A DNA stretch of 64,000 bases from Eutreptiella sp. 'Long Island Sound 2002' (Eukaryota; Protista; Euglenida), in the NCBI GenBank assembly GCA_964036045.1, contig OZ038378.1:194246001-194310000 (forward strand), in the 5' to 3' direction. Positions 1 through 11,261 of the stretch are shown here, piece by piece (positions within the stretch are counted from its first letter, which is position 1; each line of letters opens with the position of its first letter). The translations under genes were made by a program, and so were the position numbers. The notes under the pieces are model-generated. The model had not been told where the DNA came from and searched no databases. It saw only the letters and a program-made list of their open reading frames with translations.

Positions 1-245
1 TTTCAGTCGTCCACAATGTGTTTGAGGATGATGCCATGAGGTGCCTGATGAGCAGGTCTCGGTACTCACAAGCCTGGGCTGTAGAAGCAGCGGACGCCGT
101 GAGAAAGCGGCTGCAAGCCACCGCAGAGCGGTGCCGTGCATTTCCTCGCGATTTTATGGAAGTGCGGGTCGTGCAAACCTCTCCGCAAGCCCCATGCCGT
201 ACATGCTCTGACGATTCTGACGAATGTATGGGCAGATGGGGATAG
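1..245 (+). CDS. eIF4E: eIF4E-like protein, 3' end of copy 0 (truncated by the window)
   Basis: The translation is identical to the C-terminal residues of the 445-aa ORFs at 16473, 36277 and 47420. Confidence 0.8.
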   Translation, partial: SVVHNVFEDDAMRCLMSRSRYSQAWAVEAADAVRKRLQATAERCRAFPRDFMEVRVVQTSPQAPCRTCSDDSDECMGRWG

Positions 246-281
246 TGCAAATCAGCGATGGATTTAATTTTGGCGCTACTC

Positions 282-823
282 GGGGGTCCGGGTCCGGGGC
301 CGGGGGGGGGGGGGCGGTCAGTTTTTGTGACTGGTCACAAAAAACATACAGGGCCATAGTGAGAAAGTGCGGCCCCGAAAAACTCTCCTGCGTCTGGCTG
401 TAGTGCAGATTGACCGTGACTGTGTCTGCTTGCACTTTTGCTCCTCCTTTGCATCTATCAGTACCAGTTCATCTAGTGACAGTGGCAGCGATAGTGGCAC
501 TGGCAGCGGCAGTGACAAGTGACAGTGATGGTAGCTGCAGGGAGCAAGACAATTTTGTCACTGTGAGTGATGATAGTGAATGACATTGAGACATTGAATG
601 ACATTGAATGACGTTAACAATGTTGCATCCAAAGGGCCCTATGCTTATCATGAGTGCTGTTGCATCCCCCCACCCCCCCCATGTACATGTATGGGCTGAG
701 GGCTGCCCCAAACCCCTGGTTTTAGGTCACCTTTTTTTGTGACCAGATATCTTGACCTTTTTCATGACCAAGGGGAGGGGGGTTGGTGGGGGGGGTGGTC
801 CGGGCCGGACACCCCCCCCCCCC
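282..823. mobile_element. MITE-like element just 3' of the eIF4E stop, copy 0
   Basis: Starts GGGGGTCCGGG and ends CCGGAC(A)CCCCC. Inverted subterminal GGTCACAAAAA/TTTTTGTGACC motifs and internal GACATTGAAT microrepeats. TSD not resolved. Confidence 0.5.
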
Positions 824-1964
824 AGTTAGATCCAACCCTGGTGCAAATGCGGCTGCAAGCCTATGGGCATATATGGGCCTGTGGGCATGTGCTGCTTTGC
901 ATGAAGGGGGCAGGTTTGTGCCTGTGGCATCGCTTGGCTTGAGGTACTGTTACACAATGTATGCATATCCTCTGTTGATGGCAACCACATGTTTCTCATG
1001 CATTGCAGGATGGCAATCCTTCCTTTTTGTACACAAATGGTGCGAGACCACCATTGCTCCTGCACTATGCAAGGGGGGCAGCCGGCATCCTATTTTGTGG
1101 ATGTTCCATCTGCTTTTGGACCGTGGCCCTGCCCTGACTGCCAAGCAGAAACCCGCCAGTGACCCTGATCCTGTGGAACCTGAACCCTTAAGGGTTCCGT
1201 TACAACAGCACCCTCAGCCGCAGGCAGGACGCACAAGGGATGTCCCAACTGGGCACTAATTCCACACGGCATCCCCCAAGCAAAGGGCAGCCGGGAGGAT
1301 GTGGCGCCGCATTCGTGACAAGGGGAGCGGTATGTCTGCATCAATGAGGTCTGGAACACGGATTATACCCCGACCAGTGGGTTGACTGCCAGAGTCACTC
1401 TGTTTTACAATAAAGGGCCTCCCTTTTCCTGCACTGAGCTGTAGACCAATACCGGTATCTTGTTGCATACACCTATAGATTTATGCATAGGCGTTTTACA
1501 AAGTTGCCCCTGCAATCCTTGCCATGCCTCAAATGCCCCTTACCCCTGGCCCGGGTGCCATCACACATGTCCCCCCCCCCCCAAATGCCCCACCAAACAT
1601 AACCGTCTTGAAACAAGCACATGGCTGTTGCATGGTTTGGAAGAGAAGGTCTGTCTGATCTGTGCGTTCGAACCTGATTGCGGTGGTGTTGATGGATCGC
1701 CTCGTTGGGCATATGGTTGAATGATGAAATGTTTGTGTCTGCTGGTCAACAAGCTTTTAAATTCAAGGGAACACATCTCATAGGAGGATGGCTGAAGAAG
1801 TGGAAGCAGCACGTATCGGGAGAGCTCCGACTGGTGCACTGAACACAGGATTGATGCCCTCCTCCTCCTCCAATGCCAAAGGGAGAGGGGGCTTCCTTTG
1901 CATCTCAGTTTTACTCCGTCACTGAGGATGACAAGTTGGCGCAGACCCCTTACAAAACTGTTAA

Positions 1965-2516
1965 ATGCCGAAAACACACACAGTATATGCTTTTTACAAA
2001 GGTGCCCCTGCAATTCTTATAACATCCTTTATGGTCAGCAGTGTCTCCACACGAGGCTGGCAGCTGCAAGGGACACACAACATTTGCACAAGTACTGACG
2101 CTTTGGACGACCTTGCTTACACAAGCGATCCCACAATATGTGTGTATTTGTTGGCTGATGTCAAAGCCTTTACCAGCACCCCTCATGCCGCTTTCCTACA
2201 GGCACCATCCTGTATTGCAACACCCCCCAGCCACCCCCCTCGCCAGCCCCTACTGATGCACTTTCAGCATGTTTATCAGATATCCTACAACAAATGCAGC
2301 GGCTTCACATACCCAGTGAACCGTGGTCTCAGGGCTGGGTACTTCCTATCCCACGCCCCATTCGCTTTGGCGCGCCTCACAAGGGCATTGATTTTTCAAA
2401 CGTTACAGTTGTTTGTCCACGTTGACGACAATACTATTGTGACTGCATCCCAGGCCCAGTTGCAAGCTGCCCTCTATACCGAGTGCATGTTTTGGACCCC
2501 CAAATATGAGCTCTGA
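1965..2516 (+). pseudogene. Non-LTR retrotransposon reverse transcriptase fragment (open 183-aa frame)
   Basis: LLADVKAFTSTPH resembles LD..KAFDSV.H; VNRGLRAGYFLS resembles RGLRQG..LSP; LFVHVDDNTIVAASQAQLQAAL resembles the YADD motif region. Confidence 0.75.
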
Positions 2517-3552
2517 TTCTTCTCACCCTCTACCTCTCCTCTGCTGCTGAATCATCTGAAAGGGACATTGCAATCCAATTGAAAACTGCTTCCTTCCCCT
2601 GCATCTGTGGGTTCAGTACCCTGCTCAGCTTTGTGTGGTATGAAATGCACTTCAGCTTTCCCCATGGGAAAGTGGACACTTGTGCAGTACTGCAGGCTTT
2701 GCATCAAGGAGTTGTCATCCTTTACCTTCCCTTCATCGGCATATGTTGGGGCGAGTCCGCGGGTGCTAGGACACCAACTACCCCTGCCGCCCCCACCTGC
2801 CCAACCCCCCCCCCCCCCCTGGCGCTTTTGGCCAGGCGCCTTTGGCCAACAGTTAGTGAAATGAGCCCTTTTTGAGCCCATTGCAAGCCATTTTGGCCAC
2901 TCCAAAGTCACAAAACGCCTTGAAAATGGGCTGTTTTGGGACCAAAAATCAGTCAAAAACGGATCAAAAATGTGCTTTTCCAAAGATATATTTGGACCAC
3001 TTGGGGTGCCTAAACAAGTGGAATGAGCCCATTTTCAGACCATGATGAACCATTTTGGCCCCTCTCAAGGCCGAAAGGGCCTTGAATATGGGCCAATCTG
3101 GGACCACAAATGGCTCAAAAACAGGTCAAAACCATGGTTTTCCAAAAATAATCCTAGTCCAGTTGTGGTGCCCAAACGGATGAACACAGCTCGTTTTGAG
3201 CCCCTTTTGAGCTGCTCTCATCCACTTTCCAGTGCGTACCTCATTTGTCGTTGAAGTCTCCTAGACGATGTTCCTTCCCCCACTAGCTCGGTCCCAATAT
3301 TCAATCCTGGTATGGTTAGAGAGAGGGCAAGGGGAGGTAAGGGGAGCCTGTGATGAACCAACGCTTGGCCTTGGGGGCATGTACCAGGGAAGGCTCTCCC
3401 ACCCCAGATGCCCTGTACTTAAGACCCCATCGCGGGACTTCATCATGCCCACGTACACCCCCCCCACCAAGCGACAGCGCAGGACCACTGTCGCCGAGCT
3501 GGATTCAATTGTGCAAGCTCTGAATTTTTCCCCTTACAAAGACAGTATGGGA

Positions 3553-3625
3553 GGCAGTGTGGTATAGTGGTTAACATCGTCGGCTATCGTCGCGTAGATC
3601 GCCGGTTCGAACCCGGCCTGTAGCA
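3553..3625 (+). pseudogene. tRNA-like sequence (degenerate tRNA pseudogene or SINE head)
   Basis: 73 nt with A box TGGTATAGTGG, perfect T arm GCCGG-TTCGAAC-CCGGC and ATC at the anticodon position. The acceptor and anticodon stems do not pair. Confidence 0.6.
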
Positions 3626-3877
3626 GTGCTCCCCCCCACCGGCCTCGCCCGACAGGGGACTGGGGCCCCTCCCGTTCAATCTATATTTTCACATTGACCT
3701 GGTATATTTCTTAATGAGCTGCTTTAGTTACTTACACCATCATCAACAAACAAAAAATGTGCCCGGGCGCCTGCAGCAGTGCGCCCCGCCACCGCCCACG
3801 CCCGATGGGAGGCTGCCACCCCACCCGTTGCTTGCCTTTGCCCGAGCCGCCGCTCCGCTTGATCCGGTTCTGGCGGC

Positions 3878-3950
3878 TCGGGCAGTGGGGTTCGAACCTG
3901 GGACCAGCGAAGCTGGAGTCCAGGGTGCTTCCACTGAAGCACGGGGCACC
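3878..3950 (-). pseudogene. Second, more degenerate tRNA-like sequence on the minus strand
   Basis: Minus strand reads GTGCTTC-AGTG-GAAGCAC (D-arm-like), CTGGACTCCAG (collapsed anticodon arm), CAGCTTCGCTG (variable-arm-like) and B box GGTTCGAACC. Confidence 0.35.
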
Positions 3951-6900
3951 TCACCAGAAATATGATCCCATAAGCACACAGCCACATGGCACACATGCAT
4001 CTACTACGCCTTCTGATTTCAGAGCCTTAATGTATGTTACCCCCCTACACTCTTTGAAACTAAACAGCGACAGACGGGGTAAGGCCGAATGAGTGCCATG
4101 CTTTGCAGCCCAGTCAGCTCGCATGTGACACAGTGAATGCAGTCCGCATTTATGGACGACTGCTTTATATTGATCCAGGTTGTTCACTAGAGTCGGCAGC
4201 AAAGGACAAGCACACAAGTGACCCACGGAGCTAACCGCAACGCCTCGCTGTATTTTACATAGTGGAGCACCCCAACCAAGAAGGGGACACGTGCATTGAT
4301 TGGATTTCGCAGTACTGCTGGACTAATGGCTGGAATTGTCTATGGCGGGGACATTCAGTCTATCAGAACCGACCATTGATCCCCCTTTAGTGCCTCAGCG
4401 GTTTAAGGACTGGTCCAATAGGGGGCCAGTCTTCACACAAGCCTGCGTGTTGAGTTGTGGGATTGGGTTGTGCATGCATGTGTGCTTTTATGCATATTGT
4501 TATCTGCTCCATTAGCTCGAGCTCCCCTGGTCTGTGATCAATCGGGACACGACTGGCACTTTCAATGGGCCTGGAACTGTTCCTTCCAATATTCCTGAGT
4601 TGCATTATTCTTCTTCATTTGCATTTACATCTGAGTTGCTGTATTGGGTGAGCATGCGAATCAATGATTCAAATGTCGCATGTTCATTGGTGCTATTAGA
4701 GTTGTTGCCACATTGGGCTGTGGTTTTGGATTACCCTGTGCAAAGGGGTTTCATACTCATGTAAGTGCCTTTCCCTGAAGGGTGTGCCAAGAACACACAT
4801 TGTAGGTGGGTTGGCATGGGCTCAAACCCACCTTCTCTGCTTCTTTTTATTATCACAAGATCTGTCAACAGCTCCAGCAGCAGCAAGCTTGGCAGCCATC
4901 TGTGATGTATGCAACGCCCTCATTCCCACATACCCGGAACAGAACTCAGGAGAAAGTTTGTGGGACGCCCTCAAGGCGTGTCAGTTGCATCCCGCTGCAT
5001 CCCCTGGTGACAGTGTACAAGTCTCAAGTACACGTCCCACCATCCTCTGACGGCATGTGGGTCCTCCACACAGGATAATATATGTTGCACTTTAAGTGCC
5101 ACACAGAGCCTGTCCGTCTGACCGAGCACTTATGAGGCACGGGTAAATCTGAGCAAAAAAAAAGTACATGGAACAGAACTCAACTCCTGTAGATTTGATT
5201 CACTCGCTCTTCTTTCAGAGGCTCATACCCTACCCCCTCCCTCGCGAGGAGATTGTCTATGGCGGGGACATTCGGTCAATCAGAACCGACCATTGATCCC
5301 CTCGTGAGGACAGCACCCTTGTCAGAACAATATGGGTGCTGTTTCTGCAACTTTTGAAACCATTGGCTTTCGTGCCCCCATTCCCCCCCCCCCCCCCTCC
5401 CTAGCCCCCCCCCCCCAGGGGGCCTCCTACCAACAGTTAGTTGGGGGGGGTAGTTGGCGTCCAGAACCGAGGGGTCACACCCCCGGGACTGTGCTGCACT
5501 GTGATGATACACAGTTGAAGTCATGAATCTTCCATCCTATGCTCCTGTATCCCATGGGGGTGCGTATCCCATGGGGGTGCCCTTAGCGCAGTGTGGGCGC
5601 AGTCTCTGAAGGGAACGTGGTGACAGACAATGTTCATCTTGTTCATCGGAAACAGCAACGTCGGGTTTTAGGGGAGGGGGCAAGAGACAACAGGCGGGAG
5701 CGGCGGGACGAGGGGCTCCCGAAGCTCCGCGGCAGGCACAGGGGGTCCCACATGACCCTCGGACCTGTGATCATTTTTCACAACGGGGATGAACAGGGGG
5801 CAGCCGTGCTCCTCGGTTGCATGGCCCATAGAGGACGGGGTGGGGGGATGACCCCCCCTCCTCCCCCCCTCGGGTCGGGCAGAGCAGCAAGTGGCCCGCC
5901 CCTGGTCAGGGAGGGGAGGGCAGCTTACGAGCCCAGGGTCAGGGCCCTGAAGGGCAGCAGGAGCAGATACCTGACCCCCTGATTGCAGGTCCTTCCCTTG
6001 CGCCCGCGCTCAAGGGGTCCATGGGGAGGATTCCCCCTGGGGCCCAGCACGCACGCCACGGGCCAGCCCAACCACCAGCCCCCAGCAGCGGGGGGAGGGG
6101 AATGAAGCGACAAAGGGAGACCCCTCCCCCACGGGATACCCGGCAAGCGCCCACGCTTGGTGCGCCCCGCGCAGCTGCACGGCCACGCGGGCACGGAGGT
6201 GACATAAACACCCCCCCCAGAGAGGCTCTGGCCTAGGCGAGGGCCGCATGGGGGGGAGAGGAGCCCTCTCTCCACCCACCGACCAGTGCGGGGGATCATC
6301 TGTGGGCACCCCTCCCTCTCTTTTTAGCACGCGGCCCGTAGACCCATGCAGGTCGCCCTCTTTAATATGGCATTCCCCCCTCCCTTGCGCCGAGTACACC
6401 CTGGGTGAAGCTCCAGGAGGTCAGGCAGCGGGCCTAGCTCGCCCCAATCTGCGTACACACAGCGTGCAGGACCTACAATGTCTGGCCTGTTTCCACATCT
6501 TTTGGAATTATGGCATTCAGTGGTCCTTTTTTCCGGTTGTCTATGAAGGGTTTTCTGTGATTTGGGGCTGAGGATGATCCTTTGGGGTTGCCAAGACAAC
6601 ATCTGGTCACCCTCTCGTTCACCTCCGTCCCTAGTCTGGCCTAGTCTGGTGAACCAAGCAACTCCTTGTCGGAGCAGCGGGAGGTGCTATTTTTGGCAAT
6701 TCCAGAAGGTCCAGTGAGCTGCGCTTGGCAGGGACCTTTCAGGCAAGCTGACGGGCTGATGGGTGTACCGGTAACAGGGAAAATGCTCCAACAACAAAGG
6801 CCCTTGGCGGGTAGCCGCAACAGCTAGGCCACTTCCCATGCCGGTGCTCCTGTGCATGCTCATGGCCATTCCCATGACCACAACCCAGGGAGCGAAATCT

Positions 6901-9900
6901 TGGCCTTGTGTGTGTCTGCAGGTTTCCTTGCTCGCTGTCCACCCTCCTTGCACACAGCCCTTCAATATAGAACGTTCGTGTCTGAGCATCCAGCTCCATA
7001 TTCTGACAACATCCAAAGCAAACATAACTCCCACACTTAAGAACGTATGTATACTGTCTCGAGTACTTGGCATTGGACATTTTGAGTCAGTCGCCAAAAC
7101 AAAAGAGGCATATGCCCCCCCCCCCCCCCCGGTGGTCCGAAATTCCAACCCCCAGCCCCCCCCAATCCCTTGAAGTTCTACCCCCGCCCTCCCCCCTTTT
7201 GCTAACATGGGCTTGTCCAAGCACGACGACCCCGTGTTTCCACGGTTTTGTGTTTTGTTTTTTGGAACCATGGTTGTTGCGGTTCCAATCCAATAGAGAA
7301 TGTGGTTTGTAGCTTGGTGCAGGCTGCAAGAAGGGTCAATATGGGTGGCAAAGTGGTGGTGTAGCTGTAATTCCATGTCCTTTTGTGTTCTGGGGTGTAT
7401 GCTGGCCTGTTGCTTTGTATTGTCATGTTTTGAGGGGTCAGGTTACTGTTTGCAACATGTGTTCTGTGTTACATGCCTCGCGGTACCACGGGTCTCTTCA
7501 TTTCCATTGACATGCAAGCGTGCAGGCTCTTTGCAGGATGGTAATTCCACAACGTGCGTCAGAGCTTCCTCCACCTGTCAGTCCATTGTCGGGATGGTTC
7601 TGTGGGGAGTGACTGAGCTCTTATATTATTGTTATTATTCTTATTGTCAGAAGTATAAGAATGATAATTACATGACATGCAGGCGTGCAGCTCTTTACGC
7701 CCTTCTGCTCTGCTCTGCTTAAGGAAGGAGCCTTTAGTCATACAGGGTGGAGCCAGTGTAACCACCATACTCACCTGACGCTGACGTCTGGTTAAGTGTA
7801 GATATGGTGATGACCCCATGGACTATTGCTCCTTAAGATGGTTTCCTTCCATCTGCTCTGCATATATGCTACTGCCAAGCCCGTTGCTGAGGCTGCTGCC
7901 ATCCCTTGTGCTGAACCCTCAGTCAAGGTGCAACCAAACCTGTCGCCAGGGTTGCAGTGTGGCTGGAGAGCCCATTCTGATGGACCCTGTTGAGCACGTG
8001 CAGCTCTTCAAAGTTGAGTTCTAGCACCAGCCAAAGCAAACAAAGCTCCCACACTTAAGAACGTATGTATACTATCTCGAGTTGGCATGAGACACTTTGA
8101 GTCAGCCCCCCCCCCCCCCAAAACAAGCATGTGTACCCCCCCCCCCCGGTGGGCCGAAATCCCAACCCCCACCCCCCGATCCCTTGAACTTAAACCCCCG
8201 CCCCCCCCCCCCTTTGTCCTAACACGGGCTTCTACACTTTTGTTTTTTGTTTTTTGGAACCCTGGTTGTTGCGGTTCCAATCCAATAGAGAAGGTGGTTT
8301 GTAGCTTGGTGCAGGCTGCAAGAAGGGTCAATATGGGTGGCAAAGTGGTGGTGTAGCTGTAATTCCATGTCCTCTTGTGTTCTGGGGTGCATGCTGGCCT
8401 GTTGCTTTGTATTGTCATGTTTTGAGGCTCAGGTTGGCTTATGTTTGCAACATGTGTTCTGTGTTACATGCCTCGTGGTAACACGGGCTGGTCCAAACAC
8501 GGCGACCCCATGTTTCCGCATTTTTGCCCATTGAACTAGGACCCGACCTGTGTTAGGACAGTGGGTGGGGGTTACACTTGTGCATGGCCAGAATTGACTG
8601 GGTTATGATGAGGGCCCCCATGTGCCTTGACCACAAAAACCACCCAGCTCCCCTCTTGGGCCGAAATCCCAACCCCCACCCCCCAATCCCTTGAAGGTTT
8701 ACCAACCTGTGTCACAATTGCAATTGCCCTGCATGCATGCCATGCATGCCTGCCTGTGTTTTGCAAAACGCTCAGACTTTACAATGTATCCTCCCATTCC
8801 GCCCCCCCCCACCCAAAAAATATTAAAGCTAACAGAATTGCCCCCCCCTCCCCGCGCCCCAGCAATCATTCTGCCAGCTTGCCGGGGTTTGTTGTGGCCC
8901 TCAGTCCCCATGTACTGTTGAATTTAGGTTAGAGGTCTTGGCGGACACCAGCGCCAGACTGTACATACGCAGATGTTTGATATTGATCTGGATCATCAGT
9001 GGAACTGCCGAACATTGCTGTATATGCATACCAGGACGTGCATGTGTGGAGCGCTTTGTTGACCTGCATGCGGCCCCTGCCCCAGCCGGAATGGACAATC
9101 ATGCGCCCCCACCCCAGCCCCCCAAACAATATTCCCCTCCCCCCAGCCCGGAGCGGACAACCATGGCCCGGCCATTTTGGACCAAATCTTGGACCAAATC
9201 TTTTCTGCTCCAAGAGCACACTGGGAAGCCCACGGGCGTGGTGGTTCCTGCTGCATAATCTGGAGTCAGAGCCAGATCAGACTAGCGCAAGTGATGTTCC
9301 ACCCCCCTCCCCCCCCACCATCATTTTCAAAGCACCTCTTCACCTTGACAACCCTAGAATGGTGCATTTCTGCAAACTGCAAATTGTCATTTACTGCGTT
9401 AAATGATTGGTTTCCAGTGCGCACCTTCTCTGGTCTGTAATCCATTCAATGAGCCAGAAACTGTTTCTTCTGTCATTCCTGGGGTGCATAGTTTCTCTTC
9501 ATTTCCATTGACATGCAAGTGTGCAGGCTCTTTGCAGGATGGTAATTCCACAACGTGCGTCAGAGCTTCCTCCACCTGTCAGTCCATTGTCGGGATGGTT
9601 CTGTGGGGAGTGAGTGAGCTCTTATATTATTTTTATTATTCTTATTGTCAGAAGTATAAGAACAATAATTACATGACATGGAGGCGTGCAGCAGACCCAA
9701 TGACCAGAGAGCACAATGGGCAATCAAACGCCCACGCACATGAAGGACATAACCCCACCAGGGACGCCAGGAAAGTTTTTCCCGGTTTTCTCATGACAGA
9801 AAATTTCCACATCAACAGATTTCATTCCTCGTTGCCCCAGTGGCGTGGCAGTTTCTGATACTGCATGAGCAGATGACAGATTACAGGTGAGCTTCAAGTA

Positions 9901-10238
9901 TACGTCCCGCCACCACGGGTGGTATGCGGCCCAGGTACCGCACGGGACAACATATGTTGTACTTACACTGTCATTTCTGATCCGGCCCGTCTGGCTGAGC
10001 ACTTACGAAGAACTTGTGAGTCTGAGCCAAAAAAAAAATACATGACATGGAGGCGTGCAGCCCTTTACGCCCCTGTGCTCTGCACACATGCTACTGCCAA
10101 GCCCGTTGCTGAGGCTGCTGCCATCCCTTGTGCTGAACCCTCAGTCAAGGTGCAACCAAACCTGCCGCCAGGGTCGCAGGCAAGTCTGCAGCCAAGCCTG
10201 TGGCTGGAGAATTTTGCTATTTCGACTTATGCAGTGTC

Positions 10239-10366
10239 CTTTGTAGGGAAGGTTTGCGGTCCACTCTTGGTGGACTTGGGGGCTCTTCTAGAGGAGGGTA
10301 AATCCGGGTTGAAAGTCAGGATAGTTTCTACAAAAGTAGCGCGCCGGGCAAACACCCCCCCCCCCC
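10239..10366 (+). mobile_element. Orphan right end of a related transposon
   Basis: CTTTGTAGGGAAGG...GGAGGGTAAATC.GGG.TGAA.GTC.GGATAGTT..TACAAAAGTAGCGCGCCGGGCAAACACCCCC is homologous to 25581-25714. Confidence 0.75.
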
Positions 10367-10863
10367 TTTAGTGCCTCAGGGCCGAAAGGGCCTTGAATAT
10401 GGGCCAATCTGGGACCACAAATGGCTCCAAAACAGGTCAAAACCATGGTTTTTCAAAAATAATCCTAGTCCAGTTGTGGTCCCCAAACGGATGAACATAG
10501 CTCGTTTTGAGCCCCTTTTGAGCTGCTCTCATCCACTTTCCAGTGCGTACCTCATTTGTCGTTGAAGTCTCCTAGACGATGTTCCTTCCCCCACTAGCTC
10601 GGTCCCAATATTCAATCCTGGTATGGTTAGAGAGAGGGCAAGGGGAGGTAAGGGGAGCCTGTGATGAACCAACGCTTGGCCTTGGGGGCATGTACCAGGG
10701 AAGGCTCTCCCACCCCAGATGCCCTGTACTTAAGACCCCATCGCGGGACTTCATCATGCCCACGTACACCCCCCCCACCAAGCGACAGCGCAGGACCACT
10801 GTCGCCGAGCTGGATTCGATTGTGCAAGCTCTGAATTTTTCCCCTTACAAAGACAGTATGGGA

Positions 10864-10936
10864 GGCAGTGTGGTATAGTGGTTAACATCGTCGGCTATCG
10901 TCGCGTAGATCGCCGGTTCGAACCCGGCCTGTAGCA
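10864..10936 (+). pseudogene. tRNA-like sequence, identical second copy
   Basis: Identical to 3553-3625. Confidence 0.6.
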
Positions 10937-11188
10937 GTGCTCCCCCCCACCGGCCTCGCCCGACAGGGGACTGGGGCCCCTCCCGTTCAATCTATATTTT
11001 CACATTGACCTGGTATATTTCTTAATGAGCTGCTTTAGTTACTTACACCATCATCAACAAACAAAAAATGTGCCCGGGCGCCTGCAGCAGTGCGCCCCGC
11101 CACCGCCCACGCCCGATGGGAGGCTGCCACCCCACCCGTTGCTTGCCTTTGCCCGAGCCGCCGCTCCGCTTGATCCGGTTCTGGCGGC

Positions 11189-11261
11189 TCGGGCAGTGGG
11201 GTTCGAACCTGGGACCAGCGAAGCTGGAGTCCAGGGTGCTTCCACTGAAGCACGGGGCACC
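11189..11261 (-). pseudogene. Minus-strand tRNA-like sequence, second copy
   Basis: Identical to 3878-3950. Confidence 0.35.

Larger units (their letters stand above)
2769..5462. mobile_element. Same TIR element, expanded by about 1.9 kb of nested sequence
   Basis: Termini at 2769-2784 and 5447-5462. The interior departs from the 776-bp copy after GGGGGCATGTACC. Confidence 0.5.

Noticed and set aside
3553-3625. Functional tRNA-Asp
   Set aside because: The acceptor and anticodon stems do not base-pair.
4784-5078. LWDALKA as an L1-type ORF2 remnant
   Set aside because: A single short motif with no supporting endonuclease or RT motifs in frame.
5470-6700. GC-rich ORFs (for example 5593-5982; copy at 21942) as genes, or the minus strand as a Gypsy/DIRS RT
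   Set aside because: Stops interrupt the candidate minus frame and the motif resemblance is too weak.
6687-10371. Many 60-230 aa Cys/His/Pro-rich ORFs in the repeat modules
   Set aside because: They change frame with homopolymer length between copies, overlap on both strands and lack motifs.
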